NCBI RefSeq assembly: GCF_032444005.1 | Contig: NC_091286.1 | Span: forward strand, 46,748,001-46,812,000 | Source: Ranitomeya imitator | Taxonomy: Eukaryota | Length of the DNA: 64,000 bases | Direction: 5' to 3' | Shown: positions 34,344 to 48,689 of the stretch, piece after piece | How positions within the stretch are numbered: the first letter of the stretch is position 1 | How the letters are laid out: each line of letters starts with the position of its first letter | Translations under genes and position numbers: made by a program | Notes under the pieces: generated by a model | What the model saw: the letters and a program-made list of their open reading frames with translations, nothing else | The model's database searches: none | Told to the model about the DNA's origin: nothing

Positions 34344-36216
34344 GTAAGTCACATTTTATTGTGTCTTGTGTGTCTTTTTCTTACTTTTTAGACTTTATTT
34401 TTTTGTTGTGCGTTTGTGAACAAACTGAGTGAAATGTGCCGATGTCTAACAGTCTGAATAAGTAGTGATGAGCGAATGTGCTCAGGTAAGGTATTATATG
34501 AGCATGCTCGTGTGCTAACCGAGTGACTTCAGCGTGCTCGAATACTATGTTCCAGTGAAATGAGCAAGGCAGAATATAGTCTAGTCGAAATACGTCCGGA
34601 AGTATTTGAAATTTCGAATTGCATACCAGCGATCACATTCTCCAGCACCGGAGAATCCTCACATTGCTCAGTGTGCATGATGTGAGGATTCACCAGTCTG
34701 CAGTCATGGAGCAGGGCTATTAAAAGCATCAGTAATGAGGGTATTAGGAGGCTGATAAAGTGCTCCCTTCTAGGGGTAAATCCTGATAACACGTTCCCTT
34801 TAATAGTACCGGGACATCATAGAAATGTAGATACATGATGATACTAAAGTGTACCAAGATGGCAGTCATACTAGAACACATTTCTTTAAGTTTCCCGCTC
34901 ATTTTGAAAGCCTAAAGATGGCATAGGGTATGCTTTAGACACATTTGAGAGCGATGGGATCTTTCCACATTCGTTCAGTTATAACTGTTGTGACTCCAGT
35001 AGTTGTGGAGTATAGGAATATTAACTGTATTTGAAGTATTCTTCTTCTTTATAGGCATATTGTATTGGTACATATAAAACTGATATTGCTTTATAAATGT
35101 ACAGCTCTTTATATATGCATATTGGGGGCAAAATAAAAGTCAGGGAGTTTTTTTTTTATTTTTATTTTTTATAAAATTAGCTAATGAAAAACAGTCATAA
35201 TAATCACACTTTTTAGATACTTTCTAAAAATGTATGTCACAAACCAGTAATTAATTTACACATATTTGATGATTGGTAAATGGCATAAATAATGTCTTAC
35301 AACTATGGATAAATGGAAAACAAAATTGACTGGACATCTGAGAGTGTGGTGCATCACAAAAATGTCAGTGTATTTGTTGCATTTATGTGCATGACGGAAA
35401 TCCCGCGTCGCTGATTGGTCTCGCCAGCTGCTTGTCATGGCTGCCGCGACCAATCAGCGACGGGCACAGTCCGATTAGTTCCTCCCTACTCTCCGTAGTC
35501 AGTGCCCGGCGCCCGCATACTCCCTTCTGGTCACCGCTAACACAGGGTTAATGCCGGCGGTAATGGACCGCGTTATGCCGCGGGTACCGCACTCCGTTAT
35601 CGCTGCTATTAACCCTGTGTGTCCCCAACTTTTTACTATTGATGCTGCCTATGCCCAGCCCACGTAGTATATTGCGCAGCCCACGTTGTATATGGCACAG
35701 TCCATGTAGTATATTGCCCAGCCCACGCAGTCTATAGCAATGTGGGCACCATATACCTGTTAAAAAAAAAGGATTAAAATTAAAAATAGTTATATACTCA
35801 CCCTCCGGTGGCCCCCCGGATCGAAGCGGTTACCGACGCTCTTCGTGCGCTCCAGTCTGAAGAGTGCATTACGGTCTCGCGAGATGATGACTTAGCAGGT
35901 GCATATTTTATATACAGTATTTATGCCTAATGTAAACCTGCATGTTGGTGTGTGTGTGTATGTCCTTCACAGTTTTCCTATCTGACACGGTACTTATGCT
36001 GGTAGGTTAGTATTGAGGCTGAAAAACACAATAAAAGATCGTGGGCAGAATATCGGCTCCCTTAGTTATGTCCATGGTCTAATGCTTCATATTAAGACCG
36101 GTATAGGCTTCAGATACATAATAAATTTAGTTAGTATTTTTGTGATTTCTTTGCATTGTTTTTGTTTTTAAAATGATGTTTGGAAACTATAATTTATTTT
36201 ATCAATTAACTTGCAG

Positions 36217-36271
36217 AAAGCGGCGGCCGAAAACTGAATGAAAACAAAGCCCTGACATCAAAGAGAGCAAG
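36217..36271 (+). CDS. CRIPT: CRIPT coding exon 3, 55 bp
   Basis: ttgcag|AAAGC...GCAAG|gttagt; encodes (E)SGGRKLNENKALTSKRA(R). Confidence 0.96.
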
Positions 36272-39200
36272 GTTAGTGTCTACAGAGCCCGCTACCATCA
36301 CATCCGTGTCCTCTCCTGTATCCTCCCAGGATATTGCACGATTTGGTCATTTGCCTCTTTGCTGTGCCTGGATGCCCACGTACACAGATCTGCAGATGGT
36401 GTCTTATGTACTATCCTGTAGCACCTATACACTTTATCCACCATGCACTATAGTTATTTAGGGAAAAGGTGGACGGCAACCATTTACAATTAATGATTAA
36501 CTATTTTTTACTTTTATCATTTAATCATTTTAATTACAATCATTTCGTTGCGGGAAAAGAAATTCAGTACTCCTGCAAAAATAGATTTGTCCTATGGCAC
36601 CAGATGGACAACATTGACTATAATGGTGTCAAATTGGTTTCTGTTTGGGTGGCAGTTATTTTAACAGAGAAAAATTGCAGAGCCAGAATTACACTATATA
36701 CTTCAATATCATAGTAAGGAAAAAAAAATATTAAAAAATAAACCTATTTAATATCATTAGTCCGAAAAAATCCAATCTATCAAAATACAGAATTATTTAA
36801 ACCTTAATCTGTACGTTATATGGAGGAAAAAAAAAACCTGCCAGAATTGTAGGTTTTCAGTCATCACTCTTTAAAAAAAAAAAAAAGTCTTATCTACCTC
36901 GAAATGGTATTAATATAACGTGCAGCTTAGCAGGCAAAAAAAAACAACAAAGATCCATGGACAGAATAATATTAACATTTAACTTTTTTCCACAAAAAAT
37001 TTTACTTTAGACCCACATTTTTTATTTTCACAAGGGTATCAGGAGAAAATAGACGACAAAATGTGTTGTGCAATTCTGACTATACCGATACCCCGTATTT
37101 GGGGGGAAAGCCACTGTTTGGGCGCATGGCAGGGCTCAGAAGGGAGGTAGCACAGTTTGATTTTTTTGAACAAGAATTGTCTGGAATCGATGGCGGGCAC
37201 CATGTCGTGTTTCGAGACCCCCTGATGTGCCTAAACATTGGAAACCCCCCCCCAATTCTAACTCCAACCCTAACACATCCCTAATCCGAACCCTAACCAC
37301 AACCCAACTCTAACCCGAACTGCGAAGAATGGAAAAAATTAAGAATTTTTCATATTATTTTTCCCTAACTAAGGGAGTGATAAAGGGGGGTTTGATTTAC
37401 TATTTTTTTTATTTTGATCACTGTGATAGGGTCTATCACAGTGATCAAAATGAACAAATAGGAAAATCTGCTATTGGTGCCGGGTACCGGACAGCAGATA
37501 TAGGCCAAGACCCGGAGATTTTCCGACGCTGGGGAACGCTAGCCATTTATTTTTCAGCTCCGTTAAAAAGCGGCGCTGAGGAATAAGGCTCCTTAAGTAC
37601 AACTCAAGCCTTTCTCTGATGATGTCTGTGGAAAAATGAAAAATGTATGCCTCTTGGAATAGGAGGAGGAAAAAACAAAAGTGCAAAAATGAAAAGTGTC
37701 CAGGTACTTAAAAAGGGTAAAATGTTATATCTGATGACAGAGATCTTTAAATTGGGAGTTCACACTGGAAAGAACACCCAAGCATCTCGGTCATCGTAAA
37801 GGCATGACCACACTTTATGCGAGAACGTGCTGCAGTGCTGTGTTACTTAGGGTAGGTTCACACACTTATTTTATTTTATTTTTTTTTACAAGGATTTAGG
37901 AGCAGATTCTGAGTCCTCATCAAAAGACACTTAAAGGGGTCATCAAGTGCTGTCCAGAGCCGCAATCTTCAGCATCAGAGGTGAGCAGTGCCGATTACTT
38001 TACGGCCTCACAAACCTACCGAGACGCAAGATTGTAATGTAAGCGGCTCCGGGTGGTACCAGATAACCTCCTTTAAATCCTTAATGACTTGCGCCAACAA
38101 TGTGTGTATGAAGCAGTCTCGAGCAGATGACGGTTGTGTTACATAGCCGACATCTGCATGTAGCTGCAGCAACCAGAGCATTCTCTGATCGCTGCAAATA
38201 ACCACTGAAATGCCTCTGTTACTCTCTGACAGCGGTATTTGAATGATATCCATGCTAGGGAATGTGGTGACAGGCTTCCATTGGCTCCCCGCAACACGAT
38301 CTCTGGAAACGATTGGTTATCATGGCAGCTGGGGGCCTACTGAAGGCCTCTGTCACTGTCATCTTGGTCCTCCAATGAAGCTTACTTACAGGCAAAGGTC
38401 CATAGGAGAACCGTGATTTTTCCTATATACTGCAATACTACGATCGCAGGTTCAAATCCCCTAAGAGGATTAAAAAAATAATGTAAAATAAAAAAAAATT
38501 AAATTATGGGGTAGATGGAAAGGAAACCCCACTTACCCCATTCCACCCCAGAAAACTAAATAAAAAAATGGATGAAAAAAAATCAGAAACCCCCAAATCC
38601 TATTGAGTTCAATGAATGACGCGCCTTTTAATTGCTAACCTACTGTGTAGTGGAAATGTGCTCGCCGTATATAAACCCTATCTATCGCAGGACGGCGCGG
38701 TATTCCAGGAAGATCTTACCGAGATGTGACCATGGCAACACTTAATAATTCGTCAGCCAGGAAATTTTCCGGTAAAGGTTACTGCTATTTCCAGCCTGCA
38801 GAATAGGACAATCCTTCCTTCCCTCCATTGATTTACATGAAATCATCACTATGTAGAGACCGAGCAGCAACAAGAAATGTCATATCTCACCAACAATTAA
38901 AGGGGTTGTCTGGCCAGGCCATTTTTTTTCTCTCAAAATGCCGGGATTGTTATATATTGCTAACACTTTTACCAACTGTAACCCTTGATCGCCCCAGCAC
39001 AGTGGTGCAATGATATTCTGGACCACTGCAGCCAATCACATGCCCCAGCAGTCAGGTGATTGAAGAATGGGACGTTATTGATTCCCGTTCCTACAGAGAC
39101 CACCGTAGGGGCTGCGCTGGGTTATAGCTGTTGAGCATATATTCCTTTATGTTATAACATTTCCTGCTTTTTTAAAATAATTTTTTTTGTAAGACAGAAA

Positions 39201-39347
39201 ACTCTTATTTCAACCCCAAATACCAGATTCACTGAGGGGAGTTTTGTTTATAAATCACTAATAATAGCCTTCACCTATAGTCTCCCTAATACCGTGGACA
39301 GCAACTCGCTACGATGTCGCAGAGGCAAAGTAGGAGGGATGGTTTAA

Positions 39348-39540
39348 GGCCACGTTCACACGTTCAGTATTTGGTCAGTATTTACATCAGTATTTGTAGC
39401 CAAAACCAGGAGTGGGTGATAAATACAGAAGTGGTGCATATGATTCTATTACACTTTTCCTCTAATTGTTCCACTCCTGGTTTTGGCTTACAAATACTGA
39501 TGTAAAATACTGACCAAATACTGAATGTGTGAACGTGGCC
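39348..39540. mobile_element. Harbinger-like palindromic MITE (GGCCACGTTCACAC TIR)
   Basis: Long inverted arms; flanks TAA and TTA; a partial copy lies at about 2050..2238. Confidence 0.8.
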
Positions 39541-40611
39541 TTAGCTGTTGTCTCCTATTTTTAAAATTTCCCCTTAATGGGCCCAGGATGGTGGAAGACA
39601 TAAAAAAACTGCACTCATCTTGTGCACCTGCGCTACTTTTTTTTCACGTCGTACTGTACCCCTTGCCAGTTTCCTGACTTTCACGTTTGCCAGGGAGCAT
39701 CATGTGACCGCTGCAGCCAATCATCAGCCGCTGCCGCTTTCTCATTTTGTCGATCTTCCTATTCGGATGAAAAGTGATGGCTGCGGCCGCTGCCAGATGA
39801 TGATACTGGGACATCAGCAGTGGCCACAGTACTGAGGGCGGAGGTCAGTATAGGTGTTTTTTTAATTATTATTATTATTATTTCTTCCACCCTGGGCCCT
39901 CTAAGTTTTAATTTATGGGACATCCCTTATAAATTTCCCTAAAAAGAGGACCTGTCAATTCTGACGTTTTGCTTCTTTGCTATTCCTCTTGGAAATAAGT
40001 AGTCAACTGGACGTTCTCATTTTCCCGGTCATTGTGTCTTGTCTCTACAAAGGCTGATACTATCCAATCATTGCTGGCAGGGTCCGAAATATTGGCACCG
40101 ATGCTCCAGGATATACAGTAAATGGGGGGAGACAAGGGTCACACTGGCGTATAAGAACTCGGTCAGACATTCATCCAGAAACGTGGGGCGATTTATTTAT
40201 TTTATTTATTTTTTCTTCCTCGTCATCCGTGTACAGTGTTTTTTTTTTTTTTTCCTCTGCAGCTATTAATCATTCACAGTTCCCTATGTTACCGAATTGT
40301 AATGAATCTGTAAATATCACATGATTTGTCTTTTTGCACCTATAGACGTGAATGGGTGAAGTATCATCCGATTTACTAGTACTTGCTTTAATCTCATCAT
40401 CCCGCAGACAAGTCCCCTACATCCGTCCCGTTATTTGGGAATTTATTTGTGATGGTGTTCAAATTTTCATTCACACACGAATACCCGCAGCTATTAATGT
40501 CCATTTTCTGATCGTTTTAGCTCAAACCTATTATTTCCTAATAAATATTGCAGAATTATTAATGCAGTATTGTCATTTATTTTTTAAAAATTTTTTTTTT
40601 TTTTGTCTTAG

Positions 40612-40715
40612 GTTTGACCCATATGGAAAAAATCGATTTGCGATTTGTCGTATCTGCAAGAGTTCTGTTCATCAGCCCGGATCGCACTATTGCCAAGGAT
40701 GTGCCTATAAGAAGG
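40612..40715 (+). CDS. CRIPT: CRIPT coding exon 4, 104 bp
   Basis: tcttag|GTTTG...AAGG|gtaagc; encodes FDPYGKNRFAICRICKSSVHQPGSHYCQGCAYKK(G). Confidence 0.97.
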
Positions 40716-43045
40716 GTAAGCAATGGAAAAGAAAACCGGAGAATAATTGCAAGGATGCACTAGCTGAAATCCCTGGCCATGAGCAGCGGCCATTAGTGTC
40801 CACCGCTGGGAAAATGTATTAGTATATGATGCCCATTCAAATAAAGGATGATGAAAGCTAGCTGGGGTCCGCACATTGCAAAGGGTTTACCCTGACAATT
40901 CCTTTTGAGGTCTAATTATGTGACCCACTTTAGTCCTACAGTTTACTGCAGGACCTTGATACCCACTTTAAAGAGTTCGTACCTTCTTTTACGGTCGTGC
41001 ACCTCTGGCCCCAAGGTAAGATTTAGCACTGTGGGTTTCACTATGAGGTGTTCCCCTGGTATTCTTATACTGCCAGGATAAGTGCCCTGCGGTGCCAATC
41101 ACAAGACCATACCAAACCGGACAACCGATCTCTCATATAGGCATTTATCTCTAAAGAAACCCGTATTACCTATTCCTAGTTTTGGGGTTCAGCTTTTGCA
41201 GGGCTGTCACTGACAGGGGCTTCTCACCCAGCTTTTTCGGATATCCTGAACGGCTGATCTGCTGCTTTGCACATTTATAAACAAGAAAGAGATATATTCG
41301 ATTTTCTATCTCGGAGTCTGGGAAAGCTGGGTGACAATAAGGCAGTGTCACTACATGGCAGATATTTTCCATCTCTGATTTTGCTGCGGATTTCGCTAAA
41401 TGCATTGTACGGCTTTTCCGTAGCACAGACGTTTTCTTTTTCCAGATATTTTTTTGCTACATGTGTATGTGGGTGTGAAAACGCTGCTGGAGGGAAATCT
41501 GTGCCACACATCTGCCATGTCTGAATGTGGTCTAGACCTTGATTGGTTGCAGACCAGATTTCCCAGAGATTTTCTAGCAAAAGAAAAGTCTGGAGGCAGT
41601 ATGCAAATCCTTATTAATAGAGCTTTATAGAAGTAGATTCAAGACCCCCGTTTTTTTTTTAGTTTGAAGAGCATATTTTGCTCTATAGGGCCCAACACAT
41701 GTCTATCAACTCTTGAACCATATGTAATGCTTTGTTTCCCCTTGTGGTGGCGCTGCAGGAAATCTGAACACTTACTGCTGGATTCTCCTTCAGATTACAG
41801 CTGATTTCTGGAAGTCCCCACCTGTGATCATCACTTAAGACCATTGTAATAAAAGGGGATTGTCCACAGGATACGATCCGTTTAACCCCTTGTCAACATC
41901 CGCAGCACATTTCCGGCTGATGTGGGCACTTAACTGTTTGTGGTATATAGCTGGCACCCGACAGTGACTGCAGCAATCGGAGCTCGCACTGGCTGCAATG
42001 GTTTACCCTCTTAAGTCTTTCCCACGTCAGTATGTACGGTACAAGTGGGGAGAGTTTTCACATGTACTGGAGACACTTGCACACGTAGACCCATTCAAGT
42101 GTTTCCATGGACCGTGTGTCCGCGGGCAAATACGTTGACATGTCCAGTTTTTTAATAGCAGCACGGCCCACAAAACGTCCCACACACGTATAACACACAG
42201 GGATGTCATCAGTGTGACACGTGCCAGCGTCTGAGAAGCAGCGGTACAGTTAGCGCTGTTCCCCGGCGCCGGGTGCTGAAGACTGCTCTCATCATTCTCC
42301 CCTGCTTTGCCGGCGATCAGCACAAACAGGGGAGAATGATTATAGTTAAATTCAACTGATAACAGCAGGCGGCGGCCGATGGGACTATTATTCTCATCAG
42401 CATACACCAGCTGCCGCTAATAACAGTGAGTGCAGGCAGCGGCTGATTGGGGTATTGATCAGCCACCGCCTGCGCTATAAATAAATAATCCCGGCGTGGG
42501 TTCCCCTGTGTTCTGTTAACCAGCCAGGCAAAACCCTCAGCTGTCAGCTTTAGCAAGGCTGGTTATCAAGAATAAAGGGGTCTCCACGCTGTTTTTTTTT
42601 AAAATAAAAAATGGTCCCCCAATTTTCGACAACCAGCCTTACTAAAGCAGACAGCTGGGGGCTAGTATACTAAGGCTAGTAAGGGGCAATAGATATTGCC
42701 CCCCCCCCCCCCCCCCCCCCCCCAAGCCTAAAAATAGCAGCCTGAATCTGCCCAGAAAAGGCTCATCTTTTAGATGCCAAAGCGCTGGAAAAAATAGAAT
42801 TTTTAGAAATTTTTTCTTGTTACATCACCTCCTAACAAATTGAATAAAAATAGATAAGAAAGTCGTATGGATCAAAAAAATGGTATTGACAGAAAATCCT
42901 ACATCTCGTACAACTAAAAAGCCAGCATACAACTCTATCAATGGAAAGAATGTCTGCATGTCCTAGGGGCAACGCACTGTATAAATCATTGTAAGGCGAT
43001 GGCAACATCCTCACTCCTTCATACTTTCTATTTTTCTTGTTTTAG

Positions 43046-43110
43046 GGATCTGCGCCATGTGTGGGAAGAAAGTCCTGGACACAAAGAACTATAAGCAAAC
43101 CTCCGTGTAA
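43046..43110 (+). CDS. CRIPT: CRIPT last coding exon, 65 bp including stop
   Basis: ttttag|GGATC...GTGTAA; encodes ICAMCGKKVLDTKNYKQTSV*, ending in the PDZ-binding motif QTSV. Exons total 306 nt = 101 aa + stop. Confidence 0.97.
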
Positions 43111-43254
43111 AGAGCTGTAAGACTGTAGCATAATGCCACGGACGGAGAATTTACTTCTGTATTATCCATGTAAATATTTCATGTCCCGCTTTTAATTTTC
43201 TGAGCAGAAGAGTTATCTGAGATTTCCATTTCTGACATTAATGAATGTTTTCTC

Positions 43255-43294
<40 letters not shown>

Positions 43295-43409
43295 GGGGGG
43301 GGTGAGTTTAGTATTTTTTTCCCACTTTACTATGTTATTTTATTGTTTTTCATTTGTCATTTTCGCAGGCAGGGTTGTAGTATCACGTTGGCGTTATTGC
43401 TTCCAATTA

Positions 43410-43415
43410 AATAAA
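43410..43415 (+). terminator. Candidate CRIPT polyadenylation signal AATAAA
   Basis: First clear AATAAA about 300 nt after the stop codon. Confidence 0.45.
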
Positions 43416-43885
43416 AAAGGAACTATAGTTCTTAAAGGGAATGCATCATCAGAATGTAACCCGTTTAAATACATTTTTTTTTTATATTTTTGTCATGTTT
43501 ATTTTCAGGTCACATTCTGTTTTGAAAATAAGAACGTTTGCAATTTTCACATGTGCCGTTGAGGCTTTTTTTTTAGACTTTCTTATTGTTTCTGGAAAGA
43601 ACACCTGTACATTAGCAACAATGGTCGGATCCTGGTCCTATCTTATGTACTGAAGCATCTAATGAGCGTGTGCTAAGGTTAGGGGGAAGGGAGGGGGAGC
43701 TGTGACATCCTGTGTTGTGATTGGTGGATCCTGTGTTATCAGCTGTGTATAGCGGCGTTACCTGTCATTTTAATCCTGCCTCTGCTGATAAAGAGCCTGC
43801 TGTAAACTGTTCCTGAAAAGACAGGAAACAAGAGTCTAAAAAATAAAGCCCCCAGTGGCCAGTGTGAAAATTGCAAGATTACTAA

Positions 43886-44175
43886 NNNNNNNNNNNNNNN
43901 NNNNNNNNNNNNNNNNNNNNNNNNNNNNNNNNNNNNNNNNNNNNNNNNNNNNNNNNNNNNNNNNNNNNNNNNNNNNNNNNNNNNNNNNNNNNNNNNNNNN
44001 NNNNNNNNNNNNNNNNNNNNNNNNNNNNNNNNNNNNNNNNNNNNNNNNNNNNNNNNNNNNNNNNNNNNNNNNNNNNNNNNNNNNNNNNNNNNNNNNNNNN
44101 NNNNNNNNNNNNNNNNNNNNNNNNNNNNNNNNNNNNNNNNNNNNNNNNNNNNNNNNNNNNNNNNNNNNNNNNNNN
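43886..44175. other. Assembly gap (290 N)
   Basis: Run of N. Confidence 1.
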
Positions 44176-44876
44176 GTAACACAAAAATTTGATTTAAACA
44201 ATACAGTAGGTAATTTTTTGCTGATACATTCTCTTTTGAGAAAGCTTGTTCTTACGATTTTCAGCCGAAGTAAATAGGTCTTTAAATAGGTTATTTTGTT
44301 ATTATTATTATTTCTCTTGATTAGAATAGTAGAAATCTGGCACAACAGGCACCAGATGTGAGTGTGAACAGCTCCCGATCCGCGCGGAATAACATCAGCT
44401 GATCCGGAGTTATGAGTATTGTAAATTAAAGAAGCTGAATGTTTTAAAACGTTATGTCGTGTGATGTTTGTTGTGTATAGAAGCCGTGTTTGGACAGACT
44501 TTAGTTTTAAGATATCCCTGTATTATTTACAGAAACGTTAAAGGGGTTGTCTAACACCGACAACATATACAGTATATCCTATCCACAGGAAAGGTGATGA
44601 ATGTATCACTCATTGAGTGCCCGACCGCTGGGAATGCCACTGATCATAACAATGGGAGATCCAAAGTTCCTTGACCCCCGGCTCGTTCACTGCTCGTAGG
44701 TTGGGTGGTCTCCCATGCTCACCACTGCTTTTTTTTTTTTTTTTTACAAGGAGACAATGGGCTCCCCATTTTCAGGATCTGTCTGGGTTCTGTAGCATGA
44801 TCCACAGTGATCGTACAATTTTTGCCTGTCGTACAGATGACTGACCAAATTTAGAACTGGGGAATTTGGAGGTTAA

Positions 44877-45228
44877 AGGGGTATTTACATCTCCAAGATC
44901 CTATCCCAATATGTAGTAGTGTAATAGTAATAGTATTAGCAAATACCTCCAATAAGACTTGTAGCATAGTTCTTCTGATAACCCATGTCGCTTACCTCTT
45001 GTGCAGGGCATTGCAGTATCTTAGGTTTCCATGGTTACCACCACTCATACAGTGACAGTTGCTGTTGGTCGTAACCATGGATAGCTAAGCTACTGCAATG
45101 TCCTGTACATGGGATAAGCAACATGTTATCAGGAGAAATATACTACATTTTTAATTGGAGGTACCTGCTATTATTATTATTACACCTACTACTTGTTAGC
45201 ATAGGATCTTGGAGATGAGTATACCCCT
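44877..45228. mobile_element. TTAA-target palindromic MITE, 352 bp
   Basis: TTAA on both sides; TIR AGGGGTATTTACATCTCCAAGATCCTAT / ATAGGATCTTGGAGATGAGTATACCCCT. Confidence 0.88.
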
Positions 45229-46504
45229 TTAAGTCATTACCTAAAAGAAAAGACAACACTTAAGGGCATTTTATTTTTCTTACTTGAATGCTATCAGTCT
45301 TTCATTAACATTTTTGCACCGTTTTGACTTTTCCAAGCTTTGTTTCCCTGCACATTGCTGGCTGCTGAATTGGTAGCTGAGAATGTGTCAGTGAGCGCGA
45401 TCTGACAGAGTTTGTCCTCACAGCTGAGTTATCATCATACAGTTCGACCCAATGTTCATGTGGCCTTAAATGATCACAGAGAAGCTAGAAGACAGATAAA
45501 AGCGTTCTAAGCTCTCCCGTCAGAATGAGCTCTCTGATGGATTCTCAGTTAACTCATTCTCCAGCCAGTAAGGTGCAGGGGAACAAAGTGTAAAAGATAT
45601 ACGGTGTACATGTATTTAAGTAAAAAAGAATATAGAAGGAAGTCTGCTCTCAGAAGCAGATGCAAACACAGGGTATTAGAATCTAATTATGCAATGTTTC
45701 GGCTACATTTTAGGCTTTCTCATGCTTCAGAAAGGTAATAAATACTGTGATGTCACCTGCAGGCACAAATACTTCCTGCTTTGGTACTGCCCTAACCTTC
45801 ATACTTTAAGTATTGTAAGTATGATGCAAAAAAGGAACAGGAGATTTGTCATTTTAATGAAAGTTTTTACCAGTGTTTCCCTGTAACCCCTTCAGCACCA
45901 TGCGATTTTCCTTTTTTGCTCCCCTTCTTCCCAGAGCCATAACTCCCCCCCCCCCATCAACATAGCCGTATGAGGGTTGGTTGTTTGCACGACTTTCAAA
46001 TAGCACCATTGATTTTACCATATAGAGTACTGGAAAACAGGAAAAAGAAAAAGTACAACAAAAGTGTAATGTCACTATTTTTTAAACATTTTTATTTACT
46101 ATGTTTACTATATGGTAAAACTGACCAGGCAATATGATTTCCCAGGTCAGTCCAAGTATGCAGATCGCAAACATGCCTATAGATACTTGTTTTTTTTTAT
46201 TAAAGTGGTGAAAAAAAATTCCGAAGTTTGTAGAAAAAAAAAATTTGCTTGTCGCTATTTTCTGAGACCTGTAACCATCTCCGTTTTTGTGATCTGAGGC
46301 CGGGTGATGGTTTATTTTTTGCTTTTGGTCTCAGATACACCCATGGCGGTTAGAGGCACATGACAATATCAAAGGCAGGATACCTATACGTCCAAGGCCG
46401 TTAAGGGGTTAATAATAAAAAAGCAATTCAGTAAAAATAGTTTGCACATATAATAGTAACTGTCCTGCAATATTGTGGCTGTGTAACTTCCTTTATCCCA
46501 GCTC

Positions 46505-46870
46505 AGTTATCATCTTACATCTTCCTCCATATATCTCTGATCTAATCTCCCGATATCTTCCCTCACGTAATCTCCGGTCCTCCCAAGACCTCCTTCTATC
46601 CTCCACCCTTATCTGCTCCTCACCCAACCGCCTGCAAGACTTCTCCAGAATATCCCCCATCCTCTGGAATTCTCTGCCCCAACACGTCCGACTATCAACC
46701 ACATTCGGATCCTTCAGACGGAACCTGAAAACTCATCTCTTCAGGAAAGCCTACAGCCTGCACTGACCCCGCTGCCTCCTCACCACTACCGGAGCTACCG
46801 CCTCACCAACACCGGAGCTCCTGCAACCCTCAACCTATTGTCTCCATCCCCACCATCCTGTGGAGTGTAA
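46505..46870 (+). mobile_element. L2-clade LINE 3' fragment (ORF2 C-terminus plus 3' UTR)
   Basis: PPYISDLISRYLPSRNLRSSQD...FSRISPILWNSLP...FRRNLKTHLFRKAY* (stop 46764..46766), typical of the L2 ORF2 end. Confidence 0.85.
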
Positions 46871-47375
46871 AGGTACCTTCACACTGTCCAACTTCACAAC
46901 GATATGGATAGCGATATCGTTGTGTTTGACACGCAGCAGCGATCAGGATACTGCTGTGACATCGTTGGTCGGAGCAGAAAGTCCAGAACTTTATTTTTTT
47001 TGTCGCTGGATCTCCCGCAGACATCGCTGAATCGGCGTGTGTGATTCAGCGATGTCTTCACTGGTAACCAGGGTAAACATCGGGCTACTAAGCGCAGGGC
47101 TGCGCTTAGTAACCCGATGTTTACCCTGGTTACCAGTGTAAATGTAAAAAAAAACAAACAGTACATACTTACATTCCGGTGTCTGTCACGTCCCTCAGCG
47201 TTCTGCTTCCCTGCACTGTCAGCACCGGCCAGCCGTAAAGCAGATTACAGCGGTGACATCACCGCTGTGCTTTACAGCCAGCCGGCACTCAGTCAGTGCA
47301 GGAAACAAGAACGCCGGGGGACAGACACCGGAATGTAAGTATGTAGTGTTTGGTTTTTTTTTTTACATTAGCACC
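46871..47375. mobile_element. Truncated AGGTACC-family MITE inserted in the L2 tail
   Basis: Left TIR AGGTACCTTCACACT after TAA; family hairpin at about 47063..47133; no right TIR seen. Confidence 0.8.
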
Positions 47376-47385
47376 GATATCTTAA

Positions 47386-47704
47386 AGGGACACTGTCACC
47401 TGAATTTGGAGGGAACAATCTTCAGCCATGGAGGCGGGGTTTTGATTCACCCTTTCCTTACCCGCTGGCTGCATGCTGGCTGCAATATTGGATTGAAGTT
47501 CATTCTCTGTCCTCCGTAGTACATACCTGCACAAGGCAATCTTGCACAGCGCAGGCGTGTACTATGGAGGACAGAGAATGAACTTCAATCCAATATTGCA
47601 GCCAGCATGAAGCCAGCGGGTAAGGAAAAGGTGAATCAAAAACCCCAAAACCCCGCCTCCATGGCTGAAGATTGTTCCCTCCAAATTCAGGTGACAGTGT
47701 CCCT
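47386..47704. mobile_element. TTAA-target palindromic MITE, 319 bp (same family as 61176..61486)
   Basis: TTAA TSD; arms of about 150 bp starting AGGGACACTGTCACCTGAATTTGGAGGG. Confidence 0.92.
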
Positions 47705-48239
47705 TTAATGATAATTGTTCATTTTTACTTAAATGCATGTATTTGTTACTAAAAATCATAATCTGCACTTGGGTTGTATTAGAAATGTTGCACCGTTTGT
47801 CTTCTATAGCCTCTTTGTTGCACTGTGTTTTGCTGGCTCTGGAATGAATTATTGAGAATCTGTCAGTCAACTCACTGATCTGACAGGAGTTTATATCTCT
47901 TAGAAAAAGACATACGCTCCTCTCAGCTGATACAGCCATTGCCGAAAGTGTTGGCATCCTTGAAATTGTTCCAGAAAATTATTGCAGTTATGCATGTTTT
48001 GTTATACATGTTTGTTTCCTTTGTGCATCTTGGAGCAACACAAAAAAAGAGGGGGGAAAAAAAGGCGAATTGAACATAATTTCACATAATATCCCCCAAA
48101 AATGGTCCAGATAAAATTGTATGTTTTCTAAAATTGTCGATAGACCACTTTGTTTCAAGCATGTGATGCTCTTCATACTCAACTGTGACAAGTAATAGGT
48201 GTGGGCAATATGAAAATCTTTGCATTGTGTGTCTGTGCT

Positions 48240-48505
48240 CCACATTAAGCATGGAGACCAGAAAGAGGAGAAGAGAACTACCTGAGGACTTGAGAACCAA
48301 AATTGTTGAAAAATATGCTGCTGACACAGACAGGAAAAAAAGCTAAACTGCAGTTTGACAAAATGTACATGAGTAAGCCAAAATCCTTCTGTGAAAGCGT
48401 CTTGTGGACAGATGAGACCAAGATAGAGCTTTTTGGTAAAGCACATCATTCTACTGTTTACCGAAAACGAAGTAAGGCCTACAAAGAAAAGAACATAGCA
48501 CCTAC
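48240..48505 (+). mobile_element. Internally deleted Tc1 transposase relic
   Basis: EDLRTKIVEKY-like N-terminus followed by VLWTDETKIELFG...YKEKN. Boundaries approximate. Confidence 0.7.
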
Positions 48506-48559
48506 AACAATAGCGTTATCTCATCGATTCACTGTGAATCTGTCAATAGTGAAATTTGT

Positions 48560-48565
48560 TTTATT
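48560..48565 (-). terminator. Candidate polyadenylation signal AATAAA of the GCH gene
   Basis: Minus-strand AATAAA 125 nt after the stop codon. Confidence 0.5.
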
Positions 48566-48689
48566 AATTTTTTTTTCAGATAAACAAAAAAAATGTATAA
48601 CGTTGAGCACCGTCTGTGAATAAATCAGAAATATTACAGTTTGATTGTGTGAATATAATACTTTGCATTTTTTACATATTTCTGGTAGA

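Noticed and set aside
43739-44345. ORFs spanning N runs (also 8919..9807)
   Set aside because: Artefacts of assembly gaps translated as X.
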